Source of the DNA: Alkalispirochaeta sp.
Lineage (GTDB): Bacteria > Spirochaetota > Spirochaetia > DSM-27196 > Alkalispirochaetaceae
Length of the DNA stretch: 64,000 bases
Assembly: GCA_965242725.1 (NCBI GenBank)
Contig: CBDESZ010000026.1
Coordinates: 32,001-96,000 of the forward strand
Direction: 5' to 3'
Both the position numbers and the translations under genes were made by a program. Below, in pieces: positions 11,242 to 22,692 of the stretch; within the stretch, counting starts at the first letter, position 1, and every line of letters begins with the position of its first letter. The notes below the pieces were generated by a model. That model was not told the origin of the DNA, did no database searches, and saw only the letters and a program-made list of their open reading frames with translations.

Positions 11242-12609
11242 ATGCGACGGTATTACCCTACCCCGGCCGGAGACGACCATATCTACAAGGATCAAAGTAT
11301 ACGGCGTCTCTCGATAGATGAATGGCGAAAGATGTGGACTGAAGATCGTACGGAATGGTTCCGAACCCTGAAGGACCGGCCGAACCGATTTGACGGTTCC
11401 CTGTGGCACCGGGCGATCGCGTCGTGGAAAAACGATATTCCCGATGCCGGTGGTGCGGATCCCCTTGCGGGGGTTCCCTTCCTGGTGAAGGATCTCTTTG
11501 ATGTACCGGGTGAACGTACGACATGCAGCTCGGCGGTGTTGCTTGACGACGGTGGCGTCCGTACACCGCCGGCTGAAAAGCACGCATGGCTGACGGAATG
11601 CTTTCTTGAGTTGGGCGCCCATGTGACGGGGCGGACCAATATGAACGAGTTTGCCTACGGTCTGGACGGCCGGAACAGCAGGACCGGCAACTGTCCTCAC
11701 CCCCTTGACCGACGCAGGATTCCCGGCGGCTCGTCCAGCGGTTCCGCCTGGGCCGTCGCGGCGGGAATTGTTCCGTTTGCCCTTGGAACCGATACGGGAG
11801 GTTCAGTGCGATTGCCCGCAGCGTTATGCGGCATATACGGCGTTCGTCTCGGATGGAGCCGCGACCGTCTGCGGGGCGTCTTTCCCCTGGCGGGGTCCCT
11901 GGATACGGTAGGGTGGTTTACCCACAACCGGGGCGATATGGAGCAGCTGTTGTCGCTTGTCTGTACGGACGCGTCACATCCCGGGCCCTCAGGTTCCGCA
12001 GGTTTTCCAAGCGGCGGGAATCCGCGGATTGCGGCAATCCTTCCGCACGGCACCGTAATGGACGACGAGATCGGCGCGATGTGGCGGGAGGTGGTAGAAA
12101 AACTCGACACCCTGTCGGCGGGTGTCGACATCGCTGACGTTCCTCCCCTCCTCGGCGACGCTGCCGTGGACGCCTACAACATCATCGGTTCCAGCGAAGC
12201 GTGGGCCGTTCATCGTGACTGGATCGGTTCACATGGTGATCTCTACGATCCGGTGGTGCGGGGTCTGATAGAACGGGGTAAATACTGGAGCGGCGAGCGT
12301 CTCCGTCTTGCCGAAGAGACACGGTCAAGGGTCCGGGAATACGCTGCATCGTTATTTCAGGACTATGACTTCGTCATCCTTCCCGCAACGGTAGTGGCTA
12401 CGCCGCTCGACCGGGATATCGACGGGGACTTCAGAAGTCAGATAATACGGCTGAACACATTTGGATCTCTGGCGGGGTTGCCGGCCCTCTCGGTACCGGT
12501 ACACTTTGACGCCGTGAGGAGCGGCGGAATCCAGATACTCGCGCCTTCCGGTCGGGAGCGATCCTTTCAGGACGTTCTCCATATCTGGGACCGATTAAAC
12601 ACACTATAA
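11242..12609 (+). CDS. amidase signature family protein
   Basis: VKD, PGGSSSGSA, GTDTGGSVR (K-S-S triad). Confidence 0.9.
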   Translation: MRRYYPTPAGDDHIYKDQSIRRLSIDEWRKMWTEDRTEWFRTLKDRPNRFDGSLWHRAIASWKNDIPDAGGADPLAGVPFLVKDLFDVPGERTTCSSAVLLDDGGVRTPPAEKHAWLTECFLELGAHVTGRTNMNEFAYGLDGRNSRTGNCPHPLDRRRIPGGSSSGSAWAVAAGIVPFALGTDTGGSVRLPAALCGIYGVRLGWSRDRLRGVFPLAGSLDTVGWFTHNRGDMEQLLSLVCTDASHPGPSGSAGFPSGGNPRIAAILPHGTVMDDEIGAMWREVVEKLDTLSAGVDIADVPPLLGDAAVDAYNIIGSSEAWAVHRDWIGSHGDLYDPVVRGLIERGKYWSGERLRLAEETRSRVREYAASLFQDYDFVILPATVVATPLDRDIDGDFRSQIIRLNTFGSLAGLPALSVPVHFDAVRSGGIQILAPSGRERSFQDVLHIWDRLNTL

Positions 12610-12616
12610 TAGCGAT

Positions 12617-13594
12617 ATGGAATACCGATACGCAGGATCAACGGGGCTCAGGATCTCACAGCTGGCATTGGGCACGATGTCCTTCGGCGGCGACGCCGAC
12701 GAGGGGACAGCCCGCGCCCTCTTTGAGGAGGCCCGCTCCCGGGGAGTCAATTTTTTTGACTGCGCGGACGTCTATCAGAAGGGAAGGGCGGAGGAAATAC
12801 TCGGGCGACTCATACGGACATGTCGTGACGAGGTGATCATCAGCTCAAAAGTCGCGTCGCCCATGGGGGATGGGCCGAACGAAAGCGGGGCGTCGCGGTA
12901 CCGCATCGTCCGATCGGTGGAACGGTCCTTGAAACGTCTCGATACTGACCACCTCGACGTCTATTTTATCCATCGCTACGACGCGGCGACGGCGCTCGAG
13001 GACGTACTGCGCGCATTGGACGACCTTGTCCGGCAGGGAAAAATCCTTTACGGCGGGTTGAGCAACTTCTCGGCGTGGCAGGCGCAGCGGGCAATCGATA
13101 TTGCACGTTTCAGGGGGTACGCCGTACCCGCTTTCATACAACCGATGTACAGTCTGGCAAAACGGCAGGCGGAGGTGGAAATTCTCCCCATGGCGGCAGA
13201 CAACAATATCGCCGTCCTCTCCTACAGCCCCCTCGGAGGAGGTCTGCTGTCCGGAAAGTACGGAGTGAAGGACAAGCCCGCCGACGGCCGCCTCTCCACA
13301 AACAGCATGTATCAGGTGCGCTACGGGGACGCCGGGAACTACCGTATTGCCGAAGACTTTCGGAACCTTGCGGAACAATGGGGATATCATCCCGTCTCAC
13401 TCGCCGTGGCGTGGGTAGGCTCCCATCCGGCGGTAACGGCGCCCCTCTTGGGTGCGCGGTCGGTGGAACAGCTGAAACCGGCGCTGGACAGCGCGGATAT
13501 TTCACTGACCCCGGAGCAGCGACGCGAAATTTCCCGCCTGAGCCCGGCCCCACCGCCCGCGACTGATCGCATTGAGGAACAGCACAGGGAGTGA
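12617..13594 (+). CDS. aldo/keto reductase
   Basis: LGTMSFG, FFDCADVY, SLKRLDTDHLD, YSPLGGGLL. Confidence 0.93.
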   Translation: MEYRYAGSTGLRISQLALGTMSFGGDADEGTARALFEEARSRGVNFFDCADVYQKGRAEEILGRLIRTCRDEVIISSKVASPMGDGPNESGASRYRIVRSVERSLKRLDTDHLDVYFIHRYDAATALEDVLRALDDLVRQGKILYGGLSNFSAWQAQRAIDIARFRGYAVPAFIQPMYSLAKRQAEVEILPMAADNNIAVLSYSPLGGGLLSGKYGVKDKPADGRLSTNSMYQVRYGDAGNYRIAEDFRNLAEQWGYHPVSLAVAWVGSHPAVTAPLLGARSVEQLKPALDSADISLTPEQRREISRLSPAPPPATDRIEEQHRE

Positions 13595-13670
13595 CACCTC
13601 CCGTCGTCCCGGTCTGGCTCGTGACGACGATTTCTGTTATCATCGCCCAACAATTTTTCGGGAGATGACA

Positions 13671-16445
13671 ATGCACGCTGTGGAGTTGAGCAAGACATTT
13701 AACGCAGCCGATTTTGAAGATCGGAATTATAAAATGTGGAAGAATGCGGGCTATTTCAAGCCGGCGGAACACGGAGATCCAGAACGCGACAGTGATCCCT
13801 ACGTCATCGTCATTCCTCCTCCAAACGTAACGGGTGTGCTCCATATGGGGCACGGCCTTAACAACAGCCTGCAGGATATCCTCATTCGCTACCAGCGAAT
13901 GCAGGGACGCCCGACACTCTGGGTGCCCGGTACCGACCACGCCGGTATTGCGACGCAGAATGTGGTGGAACGCAAACTCCTCGCCGAAGGTACGAGCAGG
14001 GAAGAGCTCGGCCGGGAGAAATTTGTCGAACGAACGTGGCAGGTCAAGGAAGATCACCACACCATTATCACCCGTCAGCTGGAGAAGATCGGTGCCAGTT
14101 GTGACTGGAGCAGAGAGCGCTTCACCCTCGACCAGGGCCTGAACGACGCGGTGAAAGAGGTATTTGTAACGCTCTACGAGCGGGATCTCATTTACCGCGG
14201 CGAATACCTCATAAACTGGTGTCCAAGTTGCGGCACCGCCCTCTCCGACGACGAAGTGGAACATTCCGAAACGCATGGACACATCTGGCATATACAGTAT
14301 CCGATCGTCGATCCCGATAATCCCGACGCCGCGGAGGGGTCCCTCGGATGGATCGTCGTGGCGACGACGAGACCGGAGACGATGCTCGGTGATACCGCCG
14401 TCGCGGTGCATCCCGAGGATGAGCGATATCGCGGTCTCGTCGGTAAGTCGGTACGTCTCCCCCTTTCGGGACGGATCATTCCGATCGTTGCCGATTCATA
14501 TGTTGATCGCGAGTTCGGAAGCGGTGCGGTAAAAATCACCCCCGCCCACGACCAGAACGACTGGGAGATCGGGGAGCGCCACGGTCTTGAGCGAATCAAT
14601 ATCCTCACCGCCACTGCCCATTTGAACGAAAACGTACCGGAACCGTACCGGAACCTGTCCGTCCGGGACGGGCGGAAGCGCGTCGTGGCGGACCTGGAGG
14701 CGGGTGGGTATCTCCGGAAGACGGAAGATCATATTCATCAGGTCGGTCACTGCTACCGCTGTGATACCGCCGTGGAGCCGTGGGTGAGCACCCAGTGGTT
14801 TGTGCGCATGAAACCCCTTGCCGACAAGGCGCTGAAGGCGTGGAGGAACGACGAAATTCGTTTTTATCCGAAACACTGGGAAAACACCTACACCCACTGG
14901 CTTGAGAACATACGGGACTGGTGCATCTCCCGACAGCTCTGGTGGGGGCATCGGATACCGGTGTGGTACGACGATGCGACGGGGGAGATGATCGTGAGCA
15001 GGACCGATCCGACCGACGATCCCCGCTACGCGGGTAAGACGCTCCGCCAGGACCCCGATGTACTTGATACGTGGTTTTCAAGCTGGCTGTGGCCGTTCAG
15101 TACCCTTGGATGGCCCGAAGAAACGGAGGATCTCCGCAAATACTATCCGACGACCTCTCTTGTCACCGCATATGACATCATATTCTTCTGGGTATCCCGC
15201 ATGATCATGGCCGGTCTTGAGTTCAAGGGTGAGGTCCCCTTCCGGGACATCTACATTACCGGGCTCGTCAGGGATATCAATGGACGGAAAATGTCCAAGA
15301 GCCTTGGAAACGGTATTGATCCCCTGGATATCGTCGCGGAATACGGGGCGGATGCACACAAGTTTACTCTTGCATATCTGAGCGTCCAGGGATCGGACGT
15401 TCCCATCGCAACGGACAGCTTTCAGCTGGGCAGCAAGTTTGCCAACAAGATATGGAACGCCACACGCTATCTCCTCATGAACCTGGAGGGACGGGAGATC
15501 GTGCCATTTGATGAGATTGAACTCGACGACATCGACCGGTGGATCTACTACCGCCTCGACCGCTCGATACGGACCGTCGCGCATGCAATGGCGGGGTATC
15601 GCATGGATGAAGCGGCGCGCAGTGTGTACGAGTTTTTCTGGAACGACTTCTGCGACTGGTATATCGAGGCGAGCAAACTTCATCTCTACGCCGACGACAA
15701 CGCACGGAAGGACCGCTCCGTCTCTCTCCTGCTGTACATCCTTGAAGAGAGCCTGCGGCTTATGCATCCCTTCATGAGTTTCATTTCTGAAGAGATCTAT
15801 CAGAAACTGCCTGAAGCGCTGACGCCCGCCGACGGGGCGGCGACGTTACCCGGCTACCGGGAGGGGGCCCGTCGTTCCCGCCCGGAGGGACGCCCCGACG
15901 CGGTCATCGTCGCTCCCTATCCCCGGGAAACTGAGTGGAGAAAGAGTGAGGAGTCCGTCGCCGCCGCAACGGGCTTTTCAGGTCTCCAGGAGCTCGTGCG
16001 GGGAGTACGGACGATGCGCAGTGAGTTCACCATACCGCCGTCCAAGCGTTTCGACCTGTACATACGGTACAGCGATGATCGGACCGACCTGGGTGAGTAC
16101 TTTCGACGACACGGAGATCTTATTTCCATGCTTGGAGGGCTGGGTGCCCTGGAAATCGGGACGGATTCGGGACGAAGGTCCGGGTCAGTCGCCGTCGTGG
16201 GCAGCGGATTTGAGGCGTATCTCTATGTACGGGACATCATTGATGTGGAAGCACAGCTCGCGCGGCTTCGCAAGAATGTCGAAAAGATGCGCAACGGACT
16301 GAACCAGTCGGAAAGGAAGCTGTCGAGTCCGGGCTTTGTGGAAAAGGCGAAACCCGAGGTTGTCGAAAAGGAACGGGTTAAAGCCGCCGATCTGCGGGAC
16401 CAGCTTGAACGGACTGAAGCGGTTCTGCGGGAACTTGCGGACTGA
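13671..16445 (+). CDS. valS: valine--tRNA ligase
   Basis: PPPNVTGVLHMGH, DWCISRQLWWGH, KMSKS; ATG 13671 after GGAG. Confidence 0.97.
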   Translation: MHAVELSKTFNAADFEDRNYKMWKNAGYFKPAEHGDPERDSDPYVIVIPPPNVTGVLHMGHGLNNSLQDILIRYQRMQGRPTLWVPGTDHAGIATQNVVERKLLAEGTSREELGREKFVERTWQVKEDHHTIITRQLEKIGASCDWSRERFTLDQGLNDAVKEVFVTLYERDLIYRGEYLINWCPSCGTALSDDEVEHSETHGHIWHIQYPIVDPDNPDAAEGSLGWIVVATTRPETMLGDTAVAVHPEDERYRGLVGKSVRLPLSGRIIPIVADSYVDREFGSGAVKITPAHDQNDWEIGERHGLERINILTATAHLNENVPEPYRNLSVRDGRKRVVADLEAGGYLRKTEDHIHQVGHCYRCDTAVEPWVSTQWFVRMKPLADKALKAWRNDEIRFYPKHWENTYTHWLENIRDWCISRQLWWGHRIPVWYDDATGEMIVSRTDPTDDPRYAGKTLRQDPDVLDTWFSSWLWPFSTLGWPEETEDLRKYYPTTSLVTAYDIIFFWVSRMIMAGLEFKGEVPFRDIYITGLVRDINGRKMSKSLGNGIDPLDIVAEYGADAHKFTLAYLSVQGSDVPIATDSFQLGSKFANKIWNATRYLLMNLEGREIVPFDEIELDDIDRWIYYRLDRSIRTVAHAMAGYRMDEAARSVYEFFWNDFCDWYIEASKLHLYADDNARKDRSVSLLLYILEESLRLMHPFMSFISEEIYQKLPEALTPADGAATLPGYREGARRSRPEGRPDAVIVAPYPRETEWRKSEESVAAATGFSGLQELVRGVRTMRSEFTIPPSKRFDLYIRYSDDRTDLGEYFRRHGDLISMLGGLGALEIGTDSGRRSGSVAVVGSGFEAYLYVRDIIDVEAQLARLRKNVEKMRNGLNQSERKLSSPGFVEKAKPEVVEKERVKAADLRDQLERTEAVLRELAD

Positions 16446-16518
16446 AAATCGTCGGGACGCCGGCGTCCCTGCGACGCCGGCCCCCCGCCGTCCCGTCCAT
16501 CCCGACGGGACGGTCCCT

Positions 16519-17520
16519 TCAGTAGCCGGCCAGAAGATCGACGGCGCCGGAAACGTCGGCGGGCATGCCCGATTCCAGCCACTGAACCACCAGATCCACC
16601 ACTTCCCGGGCGCTTGCCTCCGTTGCCGGCGGGGTGTACCCGCCAAGGTGGGGAGAAAAAATGACGTTGTCCAACTGCTCCAGGGGATAGCGTGACGGAA
16701 GGCACCGGGTGCCCGCCGGATCGGGATAGGTGAACCACGTATCAATCGCCGCCGTGAGTGAGCCGGTGGCGCATGCTGAGTAGAGGGCGCCCTCATCTAT
16801 GACGTCTCCCCGTCCTACATTGACGAGGATTCCCCCGGACAGGGCGGCGAGGCGGGCGGAGTTGATGATTCCTTTTGTCTCCGCGGTACTCGGCAGGGTG
16901 ACGATAACCGCATCGGCGCGTTGCATTGCGTCATCCAGGTCGGTGGTGACCGCATCAAACAGGCCCGACGGGATACCGTCGTCCCCGTCCCTGCGGCGTA
17001 CTCCCACTATTTCCGGTCCCAGAGGCCGGAGAAATCGTGCCGTCCATTGACCGATGGAACCGGTGCCGACGATGGCGACCGTCATTTCCGACAAAGATCT
17101 CCAGCTCAGGTCAACACGTTCTCCCGCGGCAAAACCATGCCATCGGCCTCCGCGGAGATCCCGGTCGCCCGCGACGATCCGTCCGGCGGCGGCGAGGAGG
17201 AGCGAAAGGGCGCGTTCGGCGACCCACCGGCCGTTTGCGTGCGCATTTATGACGGCGATCTTCCGCAGCTGCAGCTCTGCGAGGGGGAGCGTGTTGATGC
17301 CCGCCATCGGAATGGCTATGAGCCGGAGTGACGGCAGACCCTTCAGGGTTTCACCGCTCAGCCCGTAGGTGACAAGAGCCTCCGCGGAATTGAGGGTTTC
17401 TCCGTCGGCGCGGGTGATCTCCTGGACGGAGCTGATCGTTGCATCGGTTTTCTTCCGTGTTTCCTCGATGAGGGATCGCCAGAAATCGTTTCGGGGGGTA
17501 TGAAAAAGAAGTGTTGCCAT
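16519..17520 (-). CDS. D-isomer-specific 2-hydroxyacid dehydrogenase
   Basis: GTGSIG, VNVGRG, SPHLGG. Confidence 0.88.
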   Translation of the reverse strand: MATLLFHTPRNDFWRSLIEETRKKTDATISSVQEITRADGETLNSAEALVTYGLSGETLKGLPSLRLIAIPMAGINTLPLAELQLRKIAVINAHANGRWVAERALSLLLAAAGRIVAGDRDLRGGRWHGFAAGERVDLSWRSLSEMTVAIVGTGSIGQWTARFLRPLGPEIVGVRRRDGDDGIPSGLFDAVTTDLDDAMQRADAVIVTLPSTAETKGIINSARLAALSGGILVNVGRGDVIDEGALYSACATGSLTAAIDTWFTYPDPAGTRCLPSRYPLEQLDNVIFSPHLGGYTPPATEASAREVVDLVVQWLESGMPADVSGAVDLLAGY

Positions 17521-17567
17521 GGCGGCAGTGTACCCAAGAATGTGAATGAAAGCTACAATGGAGCGCT

Positions 17568-18677
17568 ATGGAGTACATCGCAGCCGTCGATATCGGGGCA
17601 GGGGAAAGTACGAAACTTGCCCTGTGTCGCGATCCCCTGACTCTTTCGGGATACCGGGAATTACCCGTCTCCGCCTACGGTTCGAATTTCGAAGCGTACT
17701 GCACCGGCCTTGCCCGTGAGATTGAAGCGCTCCTGAAAGAGGCGGGGGCAAATCGGTCCGGTCTGCGGGGAATCGGTGTGGCGACGGCAGGTATTCTTGC
17801 CTCGGACGGACGGTTTCTCCGCACAAGCAACATTGCCATGCTTGAGGGGCACAACATCAGAGAGTGGCTCAGGCAACGATTTGACGTGCCAGTCGGTATC
17901 GCCAATGACGCCGACGCCGGCGGCCTTGCGGAGTGGGCGGTCCTGCAGGTGGAACTGCTCTATTGGGTCTTCGGCGGAGGATGGGGCGGATCGTGGATCT
18001 CCCGGGATGGAACGGTACGCTTTCCCTCTACCGACTGGAACGGCGACGACCGCACCCTGCACCCGACGAACGAACCGGGGTTTTCAATCCCCCTTTCAAA
18101 GGAGATCCTCCGGGACCTCTTTCCCGAGGTCGGTGCTTCCTATCGCAGATTTGAAGAGAATCTGCTGGAGGAGTTTTCAGGGGACGCGGGGGTTCTGACC
18201 GGGCCGGCGGGAAGTCCCGATACGATCCGGGCGGAAGTCATACTCAGTGGACCAGGTCGACTGCGACTTTTTCACGCAATCGTCGGCGACAACGACGGCT
18301 ACGAATCGTGGTTTGATGCCGACGAACGGGGCGGAATGGCGGACCCCGCAATGGCGGGACGCCTTATATCGAAACTTTCCCGCATGAGAGTTGATTATGC
18401 GTTGAATACGGACCGCCTCTACGGGAAGGTTCTTGCCCATGCGACGAGGGTCATGGTGCGACGCGCCACGGAAGACGGGCTGCCGCCGGGCGTTCCCATT
18501 TGTCTCGGCGGTAAACCGAGTTATGCCCTGCCGTATTTCGGGCCGAGTACGCAGCGATTTCTTGGAAAATTCGGGCTCCTGAACTACCTCAGGCCAAGCG
18601 TGATTGACGAGCGCGGTCTAAACGCCAATATCGTCGGTGCCGCCGTCGTCGGCGAACAGGCCGCCGCCCGAAGCTGA
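17568..18677 (+). CDS. ROK family protein (atypical)
   Basis: AVDIGAG, NDADAGGLAE, FGGGWGG, NIVGAA. Confidence 0.75.
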   Translation: MEYIAAVDIGAGESTKLALCRDPLTLSGYRELPVSAYGSNFEAYCTGLAREIEALLKEAGANRSGLRGIGVATAGILASDGRFLRTSNIAMLEGHNIREWLRQRFDVPVGIANDADAGGLAEWAVLQVELLYWVFGGGWGGSWISRDGTVRFPSTDWNGDDRTLHPTNEPGFSIPLSKEILRDLFPEVGASYRRFEENLLEEFSGDAGVLTGPAGSPDTIRAEVILSGPGRLRLFHAIVGDNDGYESWFDADERGGMADPAMAGRLISKLSRMRVDYALNTDRLYGKVLAHATRVMVRRATEDGLPPGVPICLGGKPSYALPYFGPSTQRFLGKFGLLNYLRPSVIDERGLNANIVGAAVVGEQAAARS

Positions 18678-19526
18678 CTCTCCCTCCGAACGCGGGGAGT
18701 GCTCCGTATCTCCGTGACGCTCCGGGGGAGCTCCCTCTCCGTCCCGGTCTCCCTCGTTCCGGGACAACTGGTAGATCCACAACGCCGAGTGGAGGAGGAT
18801 CTCCGCAAAGATTCTCATCAGAAAGAGAAATAGCACCGCCGACGCCAGCACACCGTAGACGACCACGCGACGCCCCGTCGTCCGGACGATCAGTCCGCTT
18901 ACGAAAGAAGCACCCTGCCACACCACGGCGGCGGAGAGGAAAACGGGCAGGGTAATACGGAACGGAATCGGTCGACCCGCCGAGAGGCGGACGATGCTGC
19001 CCAGGGTAAAGGCAAGGACGATCACCGAAGCGATGCGCGCAAGGAATTCGAGAAGAATTTCAGGCAGAGGTACATAGGTGGACCCGAATTGCACGACAAG
19101 TGTTGCCAGGGCCGTGGCATAGATCAAGAGGAGAAATACCGCGTTCAGTGCGACGGCGCGGAGACGTCCCCGGCCGGGGGTGAGCTCTATACCGAGCCCC
19201 GCGCGGACGACACGATGAACATCAAAGAAAAGGGTGTGCACCGAATAAAGGAAGACGCCGATGGTCACAACCGTCAACGATCCCGGACGGTCGGCAAAGA
19301 ACTCAAGACCAACCATGATGGACCGGCGGTAGGTGGCGGGGACCCCAGCCAGAAGCTGACTCTCCAGGATCGCCAGGACTTCTTCGGTGAGCACGATACT
19401 TCCCGCGAGGGTCAGAAGAAAGAGCAGGGGAATCGTGGCGAAGAGGGCTGAAAAACTGAGTCCTTTTGCGAGTAAGGGACCATGCATGCGGAAGTACCGC
19501 TGAATAACGGCGCGAACAGCGTTCAT
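18618..19526 (-). CDS. YihY/BrkB family membrane protein
   Basis: [26 protein letters not shown] pattern. Confidence 0.8.
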   Translation of the reverse strand: MNAVRAVIQRYFRMHGPLLAKGLSFSALFATIPLLFLLTLAGSIVLTEEVLAILESQLLAGVPATYRRSIMVGLEFFADRPGSLTVVTIGVFLYSVHTLFFDVHRVVRAGLGIELTPGRGRLRAVALNAVFLLLIYATALATLVVQFGSTYVPLPEILLEFLARIASVIVLAFTLGSIVRLSAGRPIPFRITLPVFLSAAVVWQGASFVSGLIVRTTGRRVVVYGVLASAVLFLFLMRIFAEILLHSALWIYQLSRNEGDRDGEGAPPERHGDTEHSPRSEGESASGGGLFADDGGTDDIGV

Positions 19527-19645
19527 ACGCTATTTTCCGACAGGGGCACAACATTCGCAAGGGTTCACGCTGTTCCACCCTTATCCTTGACCTCCCGTGG
19601 GAAGGGGCATACGATCTATGGGACACAAATTACAGGGAGCAGACA

Positions 19646-21272
19646 ATGGCCGAAAAAGACGTAATTGCACAGGGAAAAAGCATCCTCGGTATTGAGTTGG
19701 GTTCGACGAGAATTAAGGCGTCCCTCATAGGCGAAGACACCGCCCCCATCGCCGCCGGTTCCCACACGTGGGAGAATAAGCTGAAAGACGGCATCTGGAC
19801 GTACGATCTCGACGATGTCTGGACGGGGTTGCAGGCGTGTATGGCCGATCTGCAGCGGGACGTCTCCGACCGGTACGGAGTGACCCTTCGCAGCGTCGCA
19901 TCCGTCGGCGTCAGCGCGATGATGCATGGCTATCTGACCCTCGATAACGACGACAACCTGGTCGTTCCTTTTCGCACGTGGCGAAACAATATCACCGGTG
20001 AAGCCTCGGAGTTTCTGACCGAACTTTTTCAATATCCCATCCCCCAGCGCTGGAGTATCGCCCACCTCTATCAGGCGATTCTGAACGGGGAAGACCATGT
20101 GGGCCGGATCGCCCGCATGACGACCCTCGCGGGGTACGTACATTACAGACTGACGGGGCGCTTCGTACTCGGCATGAACGACGCATCGGGTATGTTTCCC
20201 GTTGATCCCGAGACGGGAGGGCTACTTTACGGGAATGCTGGACGCCTTTGACGGTGCCGTTGCGGAAAAGAAGTTTCCCTGGAAGATTCGCGACATCATG
20301 CCGGCGATCGTGGATGTCGGTGAGGAGGCGGGGGTACTGACGGAAGAGGGGTGCGGCACTGCTGGACCCGTCGGGAACGCTGACGGGCGGGCATTCCCCT
20401 CTGTCCTCCCGAGGGTGACGCCGGTACCGGAATGGTTGCAACCAACAGCATTAAAGTTCGTACCGGGAATGTGTCTGCCGGTACAATCCGTTTTTGTCAT
20501 GATCGTCCTTGAGAAGGCGCTGAAAAAAGGTTCATTCCGAGATCGACCTCATCGTTACGCCCCGACGGACATACGGTGGGCATGGCCCATTCAAACAACT
20601 GCACCTCCGATTTTGACGCGTGGGTCGGCCTCTTCGGTGAGGTGGCGACGGCGCTGGGGGTGACGGTCACGCCCGACAAGGTCTACGGCGCGCTGATGCC
20701 ACTCGCGGTAGGACCGGATGCGGACAGGGATGCAGGGGGGACTGCTTTCATACGGTTATATTTCCGGGGAACACGTCACCGGATTCACCGAGGGACGTCC
20801 CCCTCTTTGTCCGGGATCCTGCGGGTCGTTTCACCCTGCCGAATTTCATCAGAACCCATCTCTTTTCCGCCCTCGGTGCGATGCGTACGGGATTGAACAT
20901 CATGACCGAGGAAGAGGGCGTCCGGGTGGAGGAAATACGCGGACACGGTGGATTCTTCAAGACCCTCGATGTGGGAAGCCGTATCATGGCCGCCGCCACA
21001 AACACACCGGTAAGCGTCATGGCGACGGCCGGGGAGGGTGGTGCATGGGGAATGGCGCTGCTCGCGGCGTACATGACACGGAAGGGAACGGAAAACGACA
21101 CTTCCCCAGTTTCTGGACGCCATATTTGCCGACAGCATGGGCGTGCCGACGGCGCCCGATCCGGGCGATGTGGAGGGATTTGAGGAGTTTTTTCCGCCGC
21201 TATACCGCGGGGCTGGCCATAGAGCGCGCCGCCGTTGTAGCGCTGCCGGGAAGGGTAGTGTCGGACCGCTGA
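19646..21272 (+). CDS. FGGY-family pentulose kinase (ribulo/xylulokinase-like); multiple apparent frameshifts
   Basis: [40 protein letters not shown] spread over several frames. Confidence 0.8.
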
Positions 21273-21390
21273 CGACGGGAGACAACCAGGGGCAGATGGC
21301 GGCGGGCAGGTAGTGCCGGACAGACAAAGACGTGCAGGTAGCGCCTGCGCGTTGTCAGCCCGCCGGACCGCGTGGTATGCTCCATGGAAC

Positions 21391-22580
21391 ATGACCCATC
21401 GCATTCGTCTTTGAAATATTTCTACCGGTAGTAAATGGAATTGTAACGTCCAGCCATAACCTGGCGCAGAACCTCATGGCCCGGGGACATCGGGTAATTT
21501 ACATCGCACCGCGGTGGAAGGAATCGACAATAACGGACCATGAGGGTGTTCCGGTCTATTATGTGTCCAGTTACGAAACCTTTGTCTATCCGGGAATGCG
21601 AAACGTCATTCCCTGGAGTCGTCACGTAAAGCGCATCCTCCAGCGGGAAAAGGTGGATATCGTCCATGCGACGGGACCGTGGCTCCTGAACTGGGCGGCT
21701 CTCAGGGCGGCGCGAAAGCTCGGCTGCGGGACGGTACAGACCTTTCATACGATGCTGCAGGAGCCGAGTTACATTCGCTATTTTACCCACAGCGACAGCC
21801 TCGTTCCGGTTCTCCGGGCGCTGGCGTGGCGATACTTCGGGCTATACATGCGCCGAAGCGATGCCGTCACGGGGCCGAGCAAATACGTGGCCTCCCAACT
21901 CTCAAACCACTATCCGGATGTACCGATTCACTACATTCCAAAACGGCATAGATATCGAGAAGTTTTCACAGAAAACCGATTACGATGCGACGGTTGCCCG
22001 CTTCCCGATGTACAACAGAAAGACCTTTATCTTTATCGGCCGCCTGGGACAGGAAAAATCGGTGGACCGCCTCATTAACGGCATGAGTGTTGCCATGCGA
22101 CGGGACAAGGACATTCGTCCTGCTTCTCATCGGGGACGGTCCGGGTCGGAAGGCGTATGAAGCGCAGGTACGGGAATTGCGGCTCACGCGCTCCGTGTTC
22201 TTCCTCGGGAGAATTTCGCCGTATGATCTCTATACAAGCGGCCCTCATTCACAACGCCTGCGCAAATGTTACGGCCAGCACCACTGAAAGCTTCGGCATG
22301 ACCGTTATCGAGTCCATGGCGTCGGGCACACCGTCGATCGTTCCCAATGTCCCGGGAATTTCGGAGCTGGTTGAGGGGACGGGACTGACCTTTCCCCGGG
22401 ATGATCTGGAGGAGCTGGGCGGACCGTGTTCTTGCCATTGTGCAAGGATGATACGTTGCGACGGTCACTCTCGGCACAGTGCCTGAAACGGGCACAACGC
22501 TTTGACGGCGCGGTAATCGCAGACCAGTTTTGAAACAACTTTACCTCAGTGTCGCTCAAAAACACCCGATGGAACGTTGA
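21391..22580 (+). CDS. GT4 family glycosyltransferase; multiple apparent frameshifts
   Basis: PVVNGIVTS, FIGRLGQEK, TESFGMTVIESMASGTP across frames; ends approximate. Confidence 0.78.
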
Positions 22581-22692
22581 CAAAGGACTTCTTGTACAAG
22601 GTGTAATTTCACCATAACACTCATCTCATACTACAACATTGGCTCGTGTCGCCCTGAACGTTGACTCCCCTGCCGCCAAAGAGGTCTGTCCG

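Noticed and set aside
16450..16515. REP-like palindromes after valS
   Set aside because: Adequately explained as hairpins between convergent genes; only one weakly similar copy (about 53186).
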